Below are positions 23,231 through 35,100 of a DNA stretch of 64,000 bases, piece after piece. The stretch is from contig CM119383.1 in NCBI GenBank assembly GCA_051294905.1, positions 8,122,001 through 8,186,000 on the forward strand, written 5' to 3'. The stretch is from Botryllus schlosseri (Eukaryota). Position numbers and translations under genes: made by a program. The notes below the pieces were generated by a model that ran no database searches, had not been told where the DNA came from, and worked only from the letters and a program-made list of their open reading frames with translations. Numbering within the stretch: the first letter of the stretch is position 1; the number at the start of each line of letters is the position of its first letter.

Positions 23231-26061
23231 CAGCTTTAGGAGAAATAAAATCTGATCCGTCTGATAGCAATATTTTGTAGAAACTTATGCTCGGACTGTG
23301 TGTCGCCTTGCTTGTCCATTCCAATAAGTGCTTTCCAGTATGTAACCGTGTAAAAAAAGAAAGCATGTGAATATCCGTGGGTCACATTATTACACGAGTG
23401 GAAATAAAAGTTTCACCGCAAATGTCTACTCGATTGCAAATAGCAGTGGCGATTTCCAAGACATGTCAAAGTTACTACAAATGGAAGTAAAATACGAAGA
23501 ATTGAGAAGTACTCAAGTAAGTAATTTCAAAAAGTAGATTTGGTTGAGATATCGCATAACTTATAAAGCCAATCGAATAACGGTAACTCCGCAATTGAAG
23601 GGTGCATCTTCACGATTAACGCAAGGTGACAAATACGTAGAGCGATTTTTTGACTTATTAAAAAAGGACAAAAGCTGTCAAAATTGAGATTTTACCCACT
23701 GCATTTCATTGGTTTTGTAAAGGTTGCAGTTATCATTTGACATTTTACGCCTTGTAGAATACTTACTCTTGGTCGCCCATTGTCTACTCACTGTGAATTA
23801 TATCACAGCCCATCGAATGAATCAAAAAAATTGGCATGGCGTGATGATCAACGCACGTAAAACAGGTGAAATTTTTATTAAGTCCGAAGTTTTTACAAGC
23901 TCACCTCGATATCTCAAATCTAGATCTGAAACTTGACTACGTGGTGGACATATGCTCCTGTAGTACGGTGGTTCTCAACGTATGGGTGATACGCGAGATG
24001 TTAACAAAACTCAGATTTGGGTTGAGCATGGCCATTGGCCAGTGACCATGGGTTGAGGTCTGAAAAGGGCAACGTTGGCATTCTTGGCAACATTGTCGGT
24101 ATGAAGCAACAAGTATGTTACTACCACTTCAGCAGCATACACTGAACTTTAAGGCTGCAAGCAAACAACTGCTGCTATTGAACATTTTTCTCTATTCTTG
24201 CCAAGCTACTTCGTAAAGACAGACAGTTCCAACCAGAGATGTAGAAAACAACTACAATTCTAACTTTATATCCGACGATGCTAATTTAAATACTTTAGGG
24301 CAAAATTTTGTCAAAATTAATTTTTTTAATATCAAAATTTTCACTTTTTAGAGCAAAATCTTCTGTGTTTTTTGGTTAAAAACCAATCGTCCTACTAATA
24401 TGCAATCGAATATGCGCAATTTTCGAAAATTAAACAGGTCCTGCAATTCGGGACTTATTTCACGCAGTCGCTGTCACAATTTCACTCATAAACGTGATGA
24501 AAACTTATCCCCAAACCAACCATATTCTACTTTACCGCATCTACGTATGTGATACACTGATACATCTTACAGTTTGAAAATCGGGATATTGTTTTGCAAG
24601 CCCTTTCACAATAATTTCCCATCCCCAATATGTTGACGCGCTCGGTGGCGCTATGGAGCACGTCGCATTCCGTTCGTCTCGAACTGGTCTCGTCATGTCA
24701 TCAAAGCTTGTATTTGAAACGCATAAGTAAAATGACAGTGTGTGTACTGTTTTCAATTGCATGTGCAATGTGCATACTGCGCGGTAAATTTGTCGAAGAT
24801 TCCAGAAAAAAAATGAAGTAGCCTACTCTAGCAGTCGAAATGTTATTTATTCCTCATGAGATATTACCACTATTCCGATCGCGTTACGTTCTCGGAGGTG
24901 GGAATATTACCAGATTTGTGAATACTCCTACGTAGGTTGGAGCAGCATTCACAGCTTGTATATTTTAGAACAGCGCAAAATTTACACAATTAGGGCAAAA
25001 TCGGTGCTCATCTGTAGCCGATACTAACCATATCAAAACAGCTATCTATGTCGTCGAGGAAGACGGTCACACAATATCTTAAAGTATTTGGATAAGTAAA
25101 AGAACACCTAAATATACATGTAAGTTGTGTCCCAGTCACTCGCTGAACGGCGCCAGCCGAGCGAAATACGATACCCAGAAAACTCTATCGCCGAGAGATA
25201 TCCTGCGAGAGTACCGTTCCAGTTTAGTCAGACTACGGGAGGCGTTTATGCCGCATCGCGATACCTTCGACCGTTGATCAGGTGGCTACAAGTACACTCA
25301 GGTATTCATCATTCAGGGTATTAAGCAAAACCTTGCATAGGAATATTTTGGACTGAGGTATGTCAGATATTTGCTGAGAATGTACCGAGTATACCGTCTG
25401 ACAAAAACGCTGCTGCTTTAAAACGCACCCTGTTATTACGTGTTTCGTCGTTGCACCTCTGTAATTACTACTACTCAAAATCAAGAATATGATTCTACAG
25501 TTCATTTTATTGTGTCGGGTTTGATATATGAGGATCAGAGTTGAGACGAGGTGCTTTATTTGTCGTTCTGCAACTTGAGAAAGCTGGTAAAATCAACTTC
25601 ACACATGTATCGCAGAGAGATTGAATTTTGTATAGCATTTAAATTATTTTCAAGCACCGAGGCGCTTAAACTTACAAATGTGGTGTGTGAGTTGAACCTG
25701 GATGTCTATTGGCGCGACCATAATGGATTTTAGCATTGGCCGACACTCCGTACTGTTGAAATCTTGTGGAGATACAATATGGACCCTCACTTACGAAAAT
25801 CGCAGAAGAAGCCGGCGTAAACTTCCTCGTGATAGTCGTAAATCGACAACGAGTGATGATGAACGTGATATTTCGGAACAAAAAGCCTATTGTCGGAATT
25901 GTGACGCTTGTAAAGACGGTGATATCCTTGTTGATAATAAGGCCAGATCCAACTTTGCGGTTTTACCAAGAAAATACAGGTAACTCAGGTTTACGTAACG
26001 CAGCGCCGCTAATGTTTACCACGGCTGTGTTGAAATGTTCAGGCGACGGAAAATAGATCGA

Positions 26062-26131
26062 ATGCTTCTCCGCGCACTGTTATCCTGGTGTCTACTTCTA
26101 ATCTGTGATGCGAAAAGTCCACCTCAAGGCA
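26062..26131 (+). CDS. FGFRL1: FGFRL1 exon 1 (signal peptide)
   Basis: [23 protein letters not shown]+a|gtaagt; phase 1 fits the next exon. Confidence 0.8.
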
Positions 26132-29100
26132 GTAAGTAATTGCTACGACTTATAAATATTTCAATGCTTTTGAGTATAATGAACACTGGTCGACATACGC
26201 ATGCAGTTCGTCGGGTGCCTTTATTTTGCACATGCAAGCTAATGAAAAGCTAATGCAGCTAATTAAGCTAAGGAAAAGCTAATTAAGCTAATGAAAGGCT
26301 AAGTAAGCTAATGAAAAGCTAAGTAAGCTAATGAAAAGCTAATGAAAAGCTAATTAAGCTAATGAAAAGCTAAGTAAGCTAATGAAAAGCTAATGAAAAG
26401 CTAATCAAGCTAATGAAAAAGTAAGCTAATGAAAAGTAAGCTAATGAAAAGCTAATGAAGCTAATTAAGCTAATGAAAAGCTAAGTAAGCTAATGAAAAG
26501 CTAATTAAGCTAATGAAAAAGTAAGCTAATGAAAAGTAAGCTAATGAAAAGCTAATGAAGCTAATTAAGCTAATGAAAAGCTAAGTAAGCTAATGAAAAG
26601 CTAATGAAAAGCTAAGTAATCTAATGAAAAGCTAATGAAAAGCTAAGTAAGCTAATGAAAAGCTAATTAAGGTAATGAGAAGTAAGCTAATCAAAAGCTA
26701 ATGAAAACCCAATGAAACAAGGCAATGAAAAACTAATGAAGCTAATGTAACAAGGAAGCTAATTGAACACCACGCATCGAAAAACTTCGCTGATTGCAAT
26801 TGCGAAATGTGTGCGTTTGTTGATTGACGCTGAATTGGTATCTTTGAAATAATAATTATTAACCGACATCAATGCCAGCCTCGTTTATAAATAAACTATG
26901 CTGCGAGTACTATCTCGCGATATTATTGAAAATACTTGTGATATACTCATTTTCGACTATGAAAATGTTGCTACTTTATCGTTCCCAATGACTATGAAAA
27001 TTATTATATTTGGAACCACTACACATCGCCGATTTTGGGTTGAACATTGTGCCAATGAAAACGTAGCTTTCTCTTTACAAAATATATTGACCCTACATTA
27101 AATTACAAAATTACATTACAAAATTAATGTTAGAGACAGTTAGTCACACTTATCAGTGGTCACACCAACGTAGTAGGTTGGTATTAATGGTGTTTCTATT
27201 ACTATGGGATGGTCATTGGTCATTTTACACCAGGCTGGTATTCGTTATTACGGTTCCTGATCCACCGACTAGTATGGGTCGGGGCCTTTGCAAGACACCG
27301 TCTACGCGGATCGTACGAGCAGTACAAGCCCACACCCTACATAAACCAGAAACACTTGGGTAGGAATACTGGAACCGACTTGGGCCTGATTCGAACTCCC
27401 AACCAATTCGTTTTGCAGCTGCGGAGCTGTGAATATATTCAAGCGAACTAAAGCGGAACTAGTCAAGTATATTCCGCGCTAAGCATTATTCTTGTCGGAT
27501 ATTATAATAAAAGATCACGAGCGTCAATGCGTTACGACTCGCTAGTCGATAGGCTATACCTTGCCCTCCCTGTGAAATATTATAAAGCAGAAATGATACG
27601 TGAATATCCCAATTCAGCGCAGCAAATATATGCAATTACAAAGTAGTACATATCCGGACGTTTTAAACGTTAGTTTACTCATTGCTCAGGATGACAATGG
27701 TGCCGATGTCTCACTAGTACGTCATTTAGGTTTCGCAAAGGTAACGAAAAAGAAGTCTTCCCAATTTTGAAATTATGCGCAGAATGATTCAGTTCTAAAG
27801 AAAACGATCAATAATCTAAATTATAATCTGTCGATCATGATGTGAAGTTTATTTGTAAAATAAAAATTACTGTCAAGCCCGCAACCAATATCCACGCGAA
27901 TTCGGTTTACCAGACATATCGCGTGCCCAAACGGGTTAATCCAGTTTTGTATGATGCGTTGATTGATAGCAGGCATGCTGGAGCTTGTGTGACAATGCTG
28001 TTTTCAAATCCTCCTTGCCTTCCTAACTAATTACCATCAAGAAATGAACTCCCTTTGAAATGTCGTTGATGTTCATGTTCGTTCACGCTATCAAATTCAG
28101 TTTGCAAACATAACCGGCCACATTATCATGTTAGACGTGCTGGCACTTTAGCACCGAGTAGGCAGAAAAACTTCGTCAGAGATCACGGCTGTATGTAGTG
28201 CCGAGATAACGTAGTGGTATAATCCACAGCTGCAACACCAATGGGTTGTGGGTTCGAGTCCGACCGAGGTCGACTCCAGAATTCCTACCTAGGTGCCATT
28301 TCATCCGTGTAAGCGGTGTCTTATAAAAGCCAAGAATGCGAGCCGTTGTACAAGTCGGCCGCTACGGAATAGAAATGTAGAAAATTGCCTGGTGTAAATG
28401 ACCATGACCATGACCATATTAGTCGAGACACACCATGAACACCTCAAAACAAACCTGTCGGTGCCGTCAAATCTTCCGGTTTGCAGGGTGCAGTTAGGTC
28501 TGAATTGGCACTATTGCAATCATAATTCAAAAATCCCTATTGAGAATCGAATATCCAGATTCTAAACTTGGATTTAAAATTTCGGATTTGATACATCCAG
28601 AATCATATGAGCAAAATACTAACCTGGACTTACTTCCTTGCTTCATTGGCTTCATTTTTACATTCGCTGGTTTCATTAGCTTTTCATTAGCTTAATTAGC
28701 TTTTCATTAGCTTACTTTTCATTAGCTTACTTTTTCATCAGCGTAATTAGCTTTTCATTAGCTTACTTTTTCATTAGCTTACTTAGCTTTTCATTAGCTT
28801 TTCATTAGCTTACTTAGCTTTTCATTAGCTTAATTAGCTTCATTAGCTTTTCATTAGCTTACTTTTCATTAGCTTACTTTTTCATTAGCTTAATTAGCTT
28901 TTCATTAGCTTACTTAGCTTTTCATTAGCTTAATTAGCCTTTCATTAGCTTAATTAGCTTTTCCTTAGCTTAATTAGCTGCATTAGCTTTTCATTAGCTT
29001 GCATGTACAAAATAAAGGCACCCAGTTCGTCCGACTCGAGACTCTCGATTCAAATATAACACCAACGATATACCACTACAGTTTCTTATTTCCCAAAGGA

Positions 29101-32100
29101 AATGATATATGTGATTAATATCATCACGATACCAGATTTAATAACTTCTTGTGTAATAATTAACTAAAGCTATCGCTCCTTGTTTGCAATGCGTTGTGCG
29201 CCCGATGATAAGTCGTAGCGTTTTCCGAAAATCACTCAATGTACCTTGTAATGTTTGATTGAAGTGCTTGTGACAAACGTCACGTTCGCCGTTGAGAAAT
29301 ATAGATTTCAGCTCCGCGCATTAACTCCGTCCCGGTACACTTCTTGACACTATTGTCCTGTATCAAATGTACCCCCACACGTGATCAAGTTAATTAACTC
29401 CACGCGTTTTGACCTCTCCAAAAGATTATTTCATTATGAAATGTTTAGATAATGAGATTAAGGTCACCAACTAATTTGAAGGCGATATTTACTGAAGACT
29501 TTATGCGAATGCGGCAATTATAGTCGAGGTAATACATCCTGGGTTTCGGCGGATTGTGTCTCTGTATTATTGTGTGATTTATTATTTCTGATAATCCGAT
29601 TCATAGAGCTTCAGATGTTGAATTGATACAAAGTGCGTACCTGATGGGCGGAATATAGTCGTTTTGAAGTACAATTTTCGTATTATGTTCTTTCTGTTTA
29701 AGAGTTTTCAACATGAATTGCATTGATAAATTGATCTGGCATGCACTACGATCACAACTGTCCAGAACATCAATAACTCGGCGTGGCAGCTTACGCAGGC
29801 CTATTTTACAAGCATTATTCAATTGATGAAGATAATCTTTTGTAGATCAAAGTAACATGTAGCTTTGATCTCACTGAGATGCATGAATGGCATTGCATTA
29901 ATCGCCCGCCGTGACGAATACTAGCGTTTGCAGCCAGCCGTCGATAGAATCTTAACAGTTCAAAGGTATAAGCCGGGCGTTTTGAGGACCAAATGATTTA
30001 CTGATATATTACATATTTAAAATGTTTGAATGCTACAAAATTCATCCTGAGTCAACGAGTAAAAACGTTGTTTCATGTTTGACGTAGAATGCGATGAATT
30101 GTAAACATTCTGGATGTAATTTCAAAGTGCTAACGAGGCGTAAAGTCATGCACTGGCTTGAATAATCTATGTATATAATACACATCCTGGTTAATAATCA
30201 TGACTGCAGAAATGTTTTAACGGCTGCTACATAATATCACACAAATCTCGCGGGACCACCTTCGTTCTCTCATGTCGAATGTTACCTACGCATGGTTTTC
30301 CAACTCCTTTGTAGTCCGTGCGATATGATTGCAAGGGACATGTCTACAAAATGATTGACATATTGCATTATTACGATCTGATCATCGGGTGGTGCTGGCC
30401 CTGTCGCAAGAAATCTGCACCGCGACACGTCATCTCGAAGGTTAATCCCGTCTGGTTGGTGCAGCTGCACACCACCGTCTCGAAGCGAATCTCGCTCAAA
30501 TCCTCGTGACACTTACACACGCTCATTTCCTGTTCAAATATATTTTATCGGTATACGACTATGTCACCAAATATCGTGTCTTGGAACAACGAGAAAATGT
30601 TGTTTGCAAGTCGGTCTTTTAACAACGGTCGTCGAATCATATAATTTTGAGTCACGAAAGATATGATCGAAAATGCCTCGTTTTCTGTACACATCGTTAG
30701 TATATCTCCCGGCGTTGTGCAGGTTCTACACTTAAGGAAAGTTTCGGGAAACTAAACACGGATCGTTGACCCAGATTTCTTATTTGGTACGCACACAACA
30801 GTATCTGGTTTAACCTTAGAGGATGTTTCGTGTTTTCTTATCATCATTCACTTGCAATAGCAACTGATCACTGTATCGCGAAAGATCTGCCCTATTTTGG
30901 CCTGATACGCGCATATGACATCACAATGCCAGGGGGTCTTGGCGAAGTTTCAAATCGCAATTTATAAATCAATGTAATCGACCCGCGAACGTAGACTGTT
31001 GGTGTTCAATCTCTACTAACGTAGTACTGCAAACTTTATTCAACCCGTTTTCATATCACAATATAAATCTCTATTCACTCATGTAGTTTATCGTGTGTTT
31101 CCATTTAACGGTAATCGAATTTAGAATGATTCATTTATTGCTATGCCTTCCATGACGCGATAAGAGGTCGCGGCTAATCGCGCTATGTCTTTTTGACTTT
31201 CGGGACTAGAATTAACCTTTTAATTACTCTAAATCCCGTGTACTGTAAACTGGTTTAGCTTTTTAAATGATGCCATTTTAGCGAGGGGAACGAAGCGGCG
31301 TGGAATTTCTTTTGGAGAATGACAAAATATTTGTGTTTGTTTTCGGGATGAATCCATCTTTACGACCGTTCGTAAAATGACCGCATCGCCGAGAGCGACT
31401 TTTCGCTATAATTTGAATTCGCAAATTTTCGGCACTCGCCGGTAATTTTGGGGAATTCTATGTCAGGCGCGTGCCATCGAGATTTGCGAATTGACCAAAT
31501 TGGCCGAATTGGCCTTTTGAGACTTCTATCCTTGACTGCTAAAATATTTCTACTTGGATGATGCCTCGGATTTATTGAGATGTTACAGTATATTGGCTTT
31601 GTCCAAAAATATCAATTTATATTTCAGCGTCGCCTATTGTCGAAAGGCCTCGGGTGAGAATTACGGCAACAGTGGGTCAACCGCGTCTTCTCATGAAATG
31701 TGGTGCCGAAAGCGCCGACCCGCTGCTGATCAATTGGAAATATAACGGTAATAATTCAAATATGATCTCCACGCAATCCCAGATATCGAATTATTTGACA
31801 ATACACTGTCTATATTCCGTGTACTGCACGATTATCAGTGCTCGCAATAAGCGTTGGAGATGCGTCTAGCTGGGAATTACGCGCCGGTCATTTTCTTGTT
31901 AGTACCGAAGAGATTACGAGTACCCCGTGATTTCATTTGGAGTGCTTTGGACTCGGCCTTTTCTTTGATCTATTTCCCGCTTCGGGCACGCCGTTTGATG
32001 TTTATTTACTCACCCGGCACGCGTTCGTACATGCGTATTCCGCACGTTTGAAGGATTCTAGCCTTGCTGCGTAGCACTATTTATGGAGGTGTACATTTGT

Positions 32101-35100
32101 ACAAGTCTCCTTAGTCGCCGATCAAAGAAATAGTTTGGAATGCCCCAAATAGTTGGGCTCGTCGAAAATTTGCTCTCCGCGTCTCGAATACTTGACCTTG
32201 GAATCTTCAGCACCCCGTCAGAGTCGATTTGGAAGGACCACCTACTGTAAAAGCCACGGTATCTAGGTGTCGGGCGATGACGTATGGCGATTTTTGAGAA
32301 AATTAAACTCCAATGGCATCGGTGAAAGCTCTTTAATAGTCACAACCCCAAACTATGTCAACAGTCTCCAAAGGTCATAACGTGAACTTCAACGCGATTG
32401 CAGCCTTACGTTATCAAGCACTTGACGTTGTTGAGCTTCGCTGTCTGGATAGTGTAACGAGGTTATGTTACGTCACAATGTCCTACAATCGGTCGTCCAA
32501 GAGCGAGCGAGCGAGCGAGCGCTGTTGGCCATTAGATCCCTGCCGATATACACATCTTCCCCGCATAACCCTGCTCATACTTAACATTTGCTGCGTTGTC
32601 ACAGGAGTTGCGATTCCAATCGCCAATCCGCGTATCCGAAAAACGTCAGACGATCATTTGCGAATAAAAAACGTAGGGCCTGAAGACGCCGGGACCTACA
32701 CTTGTGTAGCGAACAACATTTACGGACACGTCGAGCAAGAAATCAAACTCGTGGTGAACGGTGAGTAGCATGCGCAATATGCGCATTGAAAATTTGCTGG
32801 GATTTTTGTATCGCAAATGATTTCCGAAAATATATCAAATATGCCGAGATTCTCGCGTCTGTATTCTGTAGTACCAATTTACGTGTGTGCCGTAATATAG
32901 TGGTTCTCAACCGCCGGTCCGTCAAATGTATACATATTTTATTCTACATTGCAAAATGTCAGAGATTGCCTGTTAATTAGAGACATAAAACACCAAATGT
33001 TAAACTGTTTTAGATGCTGCAAGCATTGTAGCAAATGTTAAAAAGTGGCCTGCAAGTCGGTTAAGGCCAGTAATTATATGTGAAAATTAAGAAAACCAGT
33101 CTAATTCAGAGAGACACATAGGCTCCGAGAGACATTTCACAGTATAATAAAATATACCAAATAGCTAAGTGAAATTTGTTTGAAAAGAAACCTATCAGTC
33201 AAAATCGAGTTGTTGAGTTGGCGATTTTAACAGGACTCGCTCGACCGCGTATAACGTTTGTAATATCAAAAAGACAGCGGGAAATTTCTCATAAATTGGA
33301 GTTCAAATTCTTTGTTTGGAGTCCAGTTTGTTGTAATTACATTATGGATTGATTTTGATGTCAGGCAGTTCACCGGTCCGCAACATTTGATTCGAAATTT
33401 GACGAGCTAAGAAACACTGCCGTAAGACACATACGGATTACTTTTTAGTGTGCCGTTAACTCTTGAAAAGAGGCACCCGAAAAGTCTTCGAGGTAATAAA
33501 TATTATTATACAATGAATATTGTATTGAAAGCTGGATTACTTTTTGTTGGGCGGATTATTAAAATTGACTAAATTCGAAACGCCTCACTGCGCTGTCTAT
33601 ACCAGTTGCTGATAATCAATACCCTACACCTTGCATGACTTTGGGAACCCATATCGATACGGTGGTCGCACTCACACAGGACCCGAGATCTTGTGGTGAA
33701 ACGACGTTTTATTGATGACGGTAATTTTATATGTCCCGCTAATTAGCTCGCGACCGAAGTCCCCGTCGCGATAACTCGGCTCCGTTGATCCATGAAGTAG
33801 CTTTCCTTTTCCTGCGCCCCTTGAGTTCACAGTGACATAACGAAAAGGTGCATTCAATGAGCCGTGCGCCGGCAAGCTCGATCTTACTCACGCTTATCTA
33901 GCCTCGCGCAATTTCGGGTAAGGTCCGGACGATACTGTCATCGCGGCGTCACGTTTGCATTAATCACCGACAAGTGTTGCAGCTGGCAGTACCAGGATGA
34001 GGATCTCGTATCGTTGAATCGGCGTGGTTGATCAGAGCGACAGCACTTGTTTCGTATACTTTATATGCAGTTGATCCGAAATTTTCGGATGCATCTTCGC
34101 GAATAACGCAAAATAACCAATGGCACTACAATTACGTGCAATTTTCGAAATACAAGGGCTCTTTTGTCCAGTTGTCACAATTTCGCACATATAAAGCGAT
34201 GCAAGCATATTCCAAAACTATACTTCCCATACCTTACGTAAACCGTTTTGCCAAAAAGAGACCGTTAAGTAGAAGTGGAAGTAATCTTGAGTTAGTAGTA
34301 CAAGTACGCGAAATATACTTGATTATACTCCGAAAAAGCAGGAGTAATTAGTGATAGATCGCCTCTGGTGACACTAGTTATCGTGAAATCCGATATGAAC
34401 TTACATTTGATATTATTTAGTAGGCTGTCTTACGTATATCAGCTATATGTATCTGAGAAATTCCCGGATTTTCAACAATGTTTCGCTCGATTAATAAACA
34501 AACGAATAGATAGATCATAGATAGATAGATAGATCATTTATTAAATTCGTCTCACCAGGAAAATTTGAAACATTCAAATAATCGGTATGGACAGGGAAGG
34601 GACGATACGACCAAGAAGTCAATGCATGCAAATACAATGCATAAGTTGCGAAAAACGTGTTGGAAATACGTTTTTCTGTGATTTTTTTTGAAAAGTCGAT
34701 CGATTTAGAATACCGCTGTCGGATACATTCATCGATCCGCCGACCTTATGTTTGTGCGTTGACGCATACGTTCTCCGTTGTCCTCGCGTTGCATGTAATA
34801 GCCCGGTATCGTCTATAATGACCTCCCTGAAGAGTTTCATATGTCTTGACATCATTCGGTGACAGTGATATTCAGTATTGAATTACTGTCCAAATTGCAT
34901 TTCGCCGCTATATCCATCGCCCGACCCGAGTTCCGTAATTGTACAACGGCACTTTTCAAGGAAACACTACACGTTTGAAAACGATAATGGCGCTATTCGT
35001 TCGCTGTTCGCTGTTACGGCCGTCGTATCGAATGCGGAATTGAAACGCGATACGCGAATATGTAGTAATTTGCACCCCTAGCCCCTTATCATAGTCGCAT

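Larger units (their letters stand above)
26213..29023. mobile_element. Foldback-type non-autonomous DNA transposon (2811 bp) with long TIRs built of AAGCTAATGAA-type tandem repeats, in FGFRL1 intron 1
   Basis: Ends GGGTGCCTTTATTTTG..CAAAATAAAGGCACCC; direct repeat AGTTCGTC at 26205-26212 and 29024-29031; arms about 26213-26760 and 28640-29023. Confidence 0.88.

Noticed and set aside
26236-26762. Regular repeat array that could be taken for CRISPR or a telomeric repeat
   Set aside because: No unique spacers, eukaryotic context, and it is the arm of a TSD-flanked foldback element.
28200-28275. tRNA-like sequence with A and B boxes
   Set aside because: The 5' GCCGAGA has no complementary 3' acceptor strand, and the sequence continues into a body shared with a second copy, so it is a SINE head rather than a tRNA gene.
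30282-30530. GC-rich minus-strand stretch in FGFRL1 intron 1 with splice-like sites and Cys-containing frames ([16 protein letters not shown]; [13 protein letters not shown]), suggesting a nested antisense gene
   Set aside because: No phase-consistent multi-exon model with good donors could be built and no family motif was recognised. More likely regulatory DNA or a decayed repeat; stranded RNA-seq would settle it.
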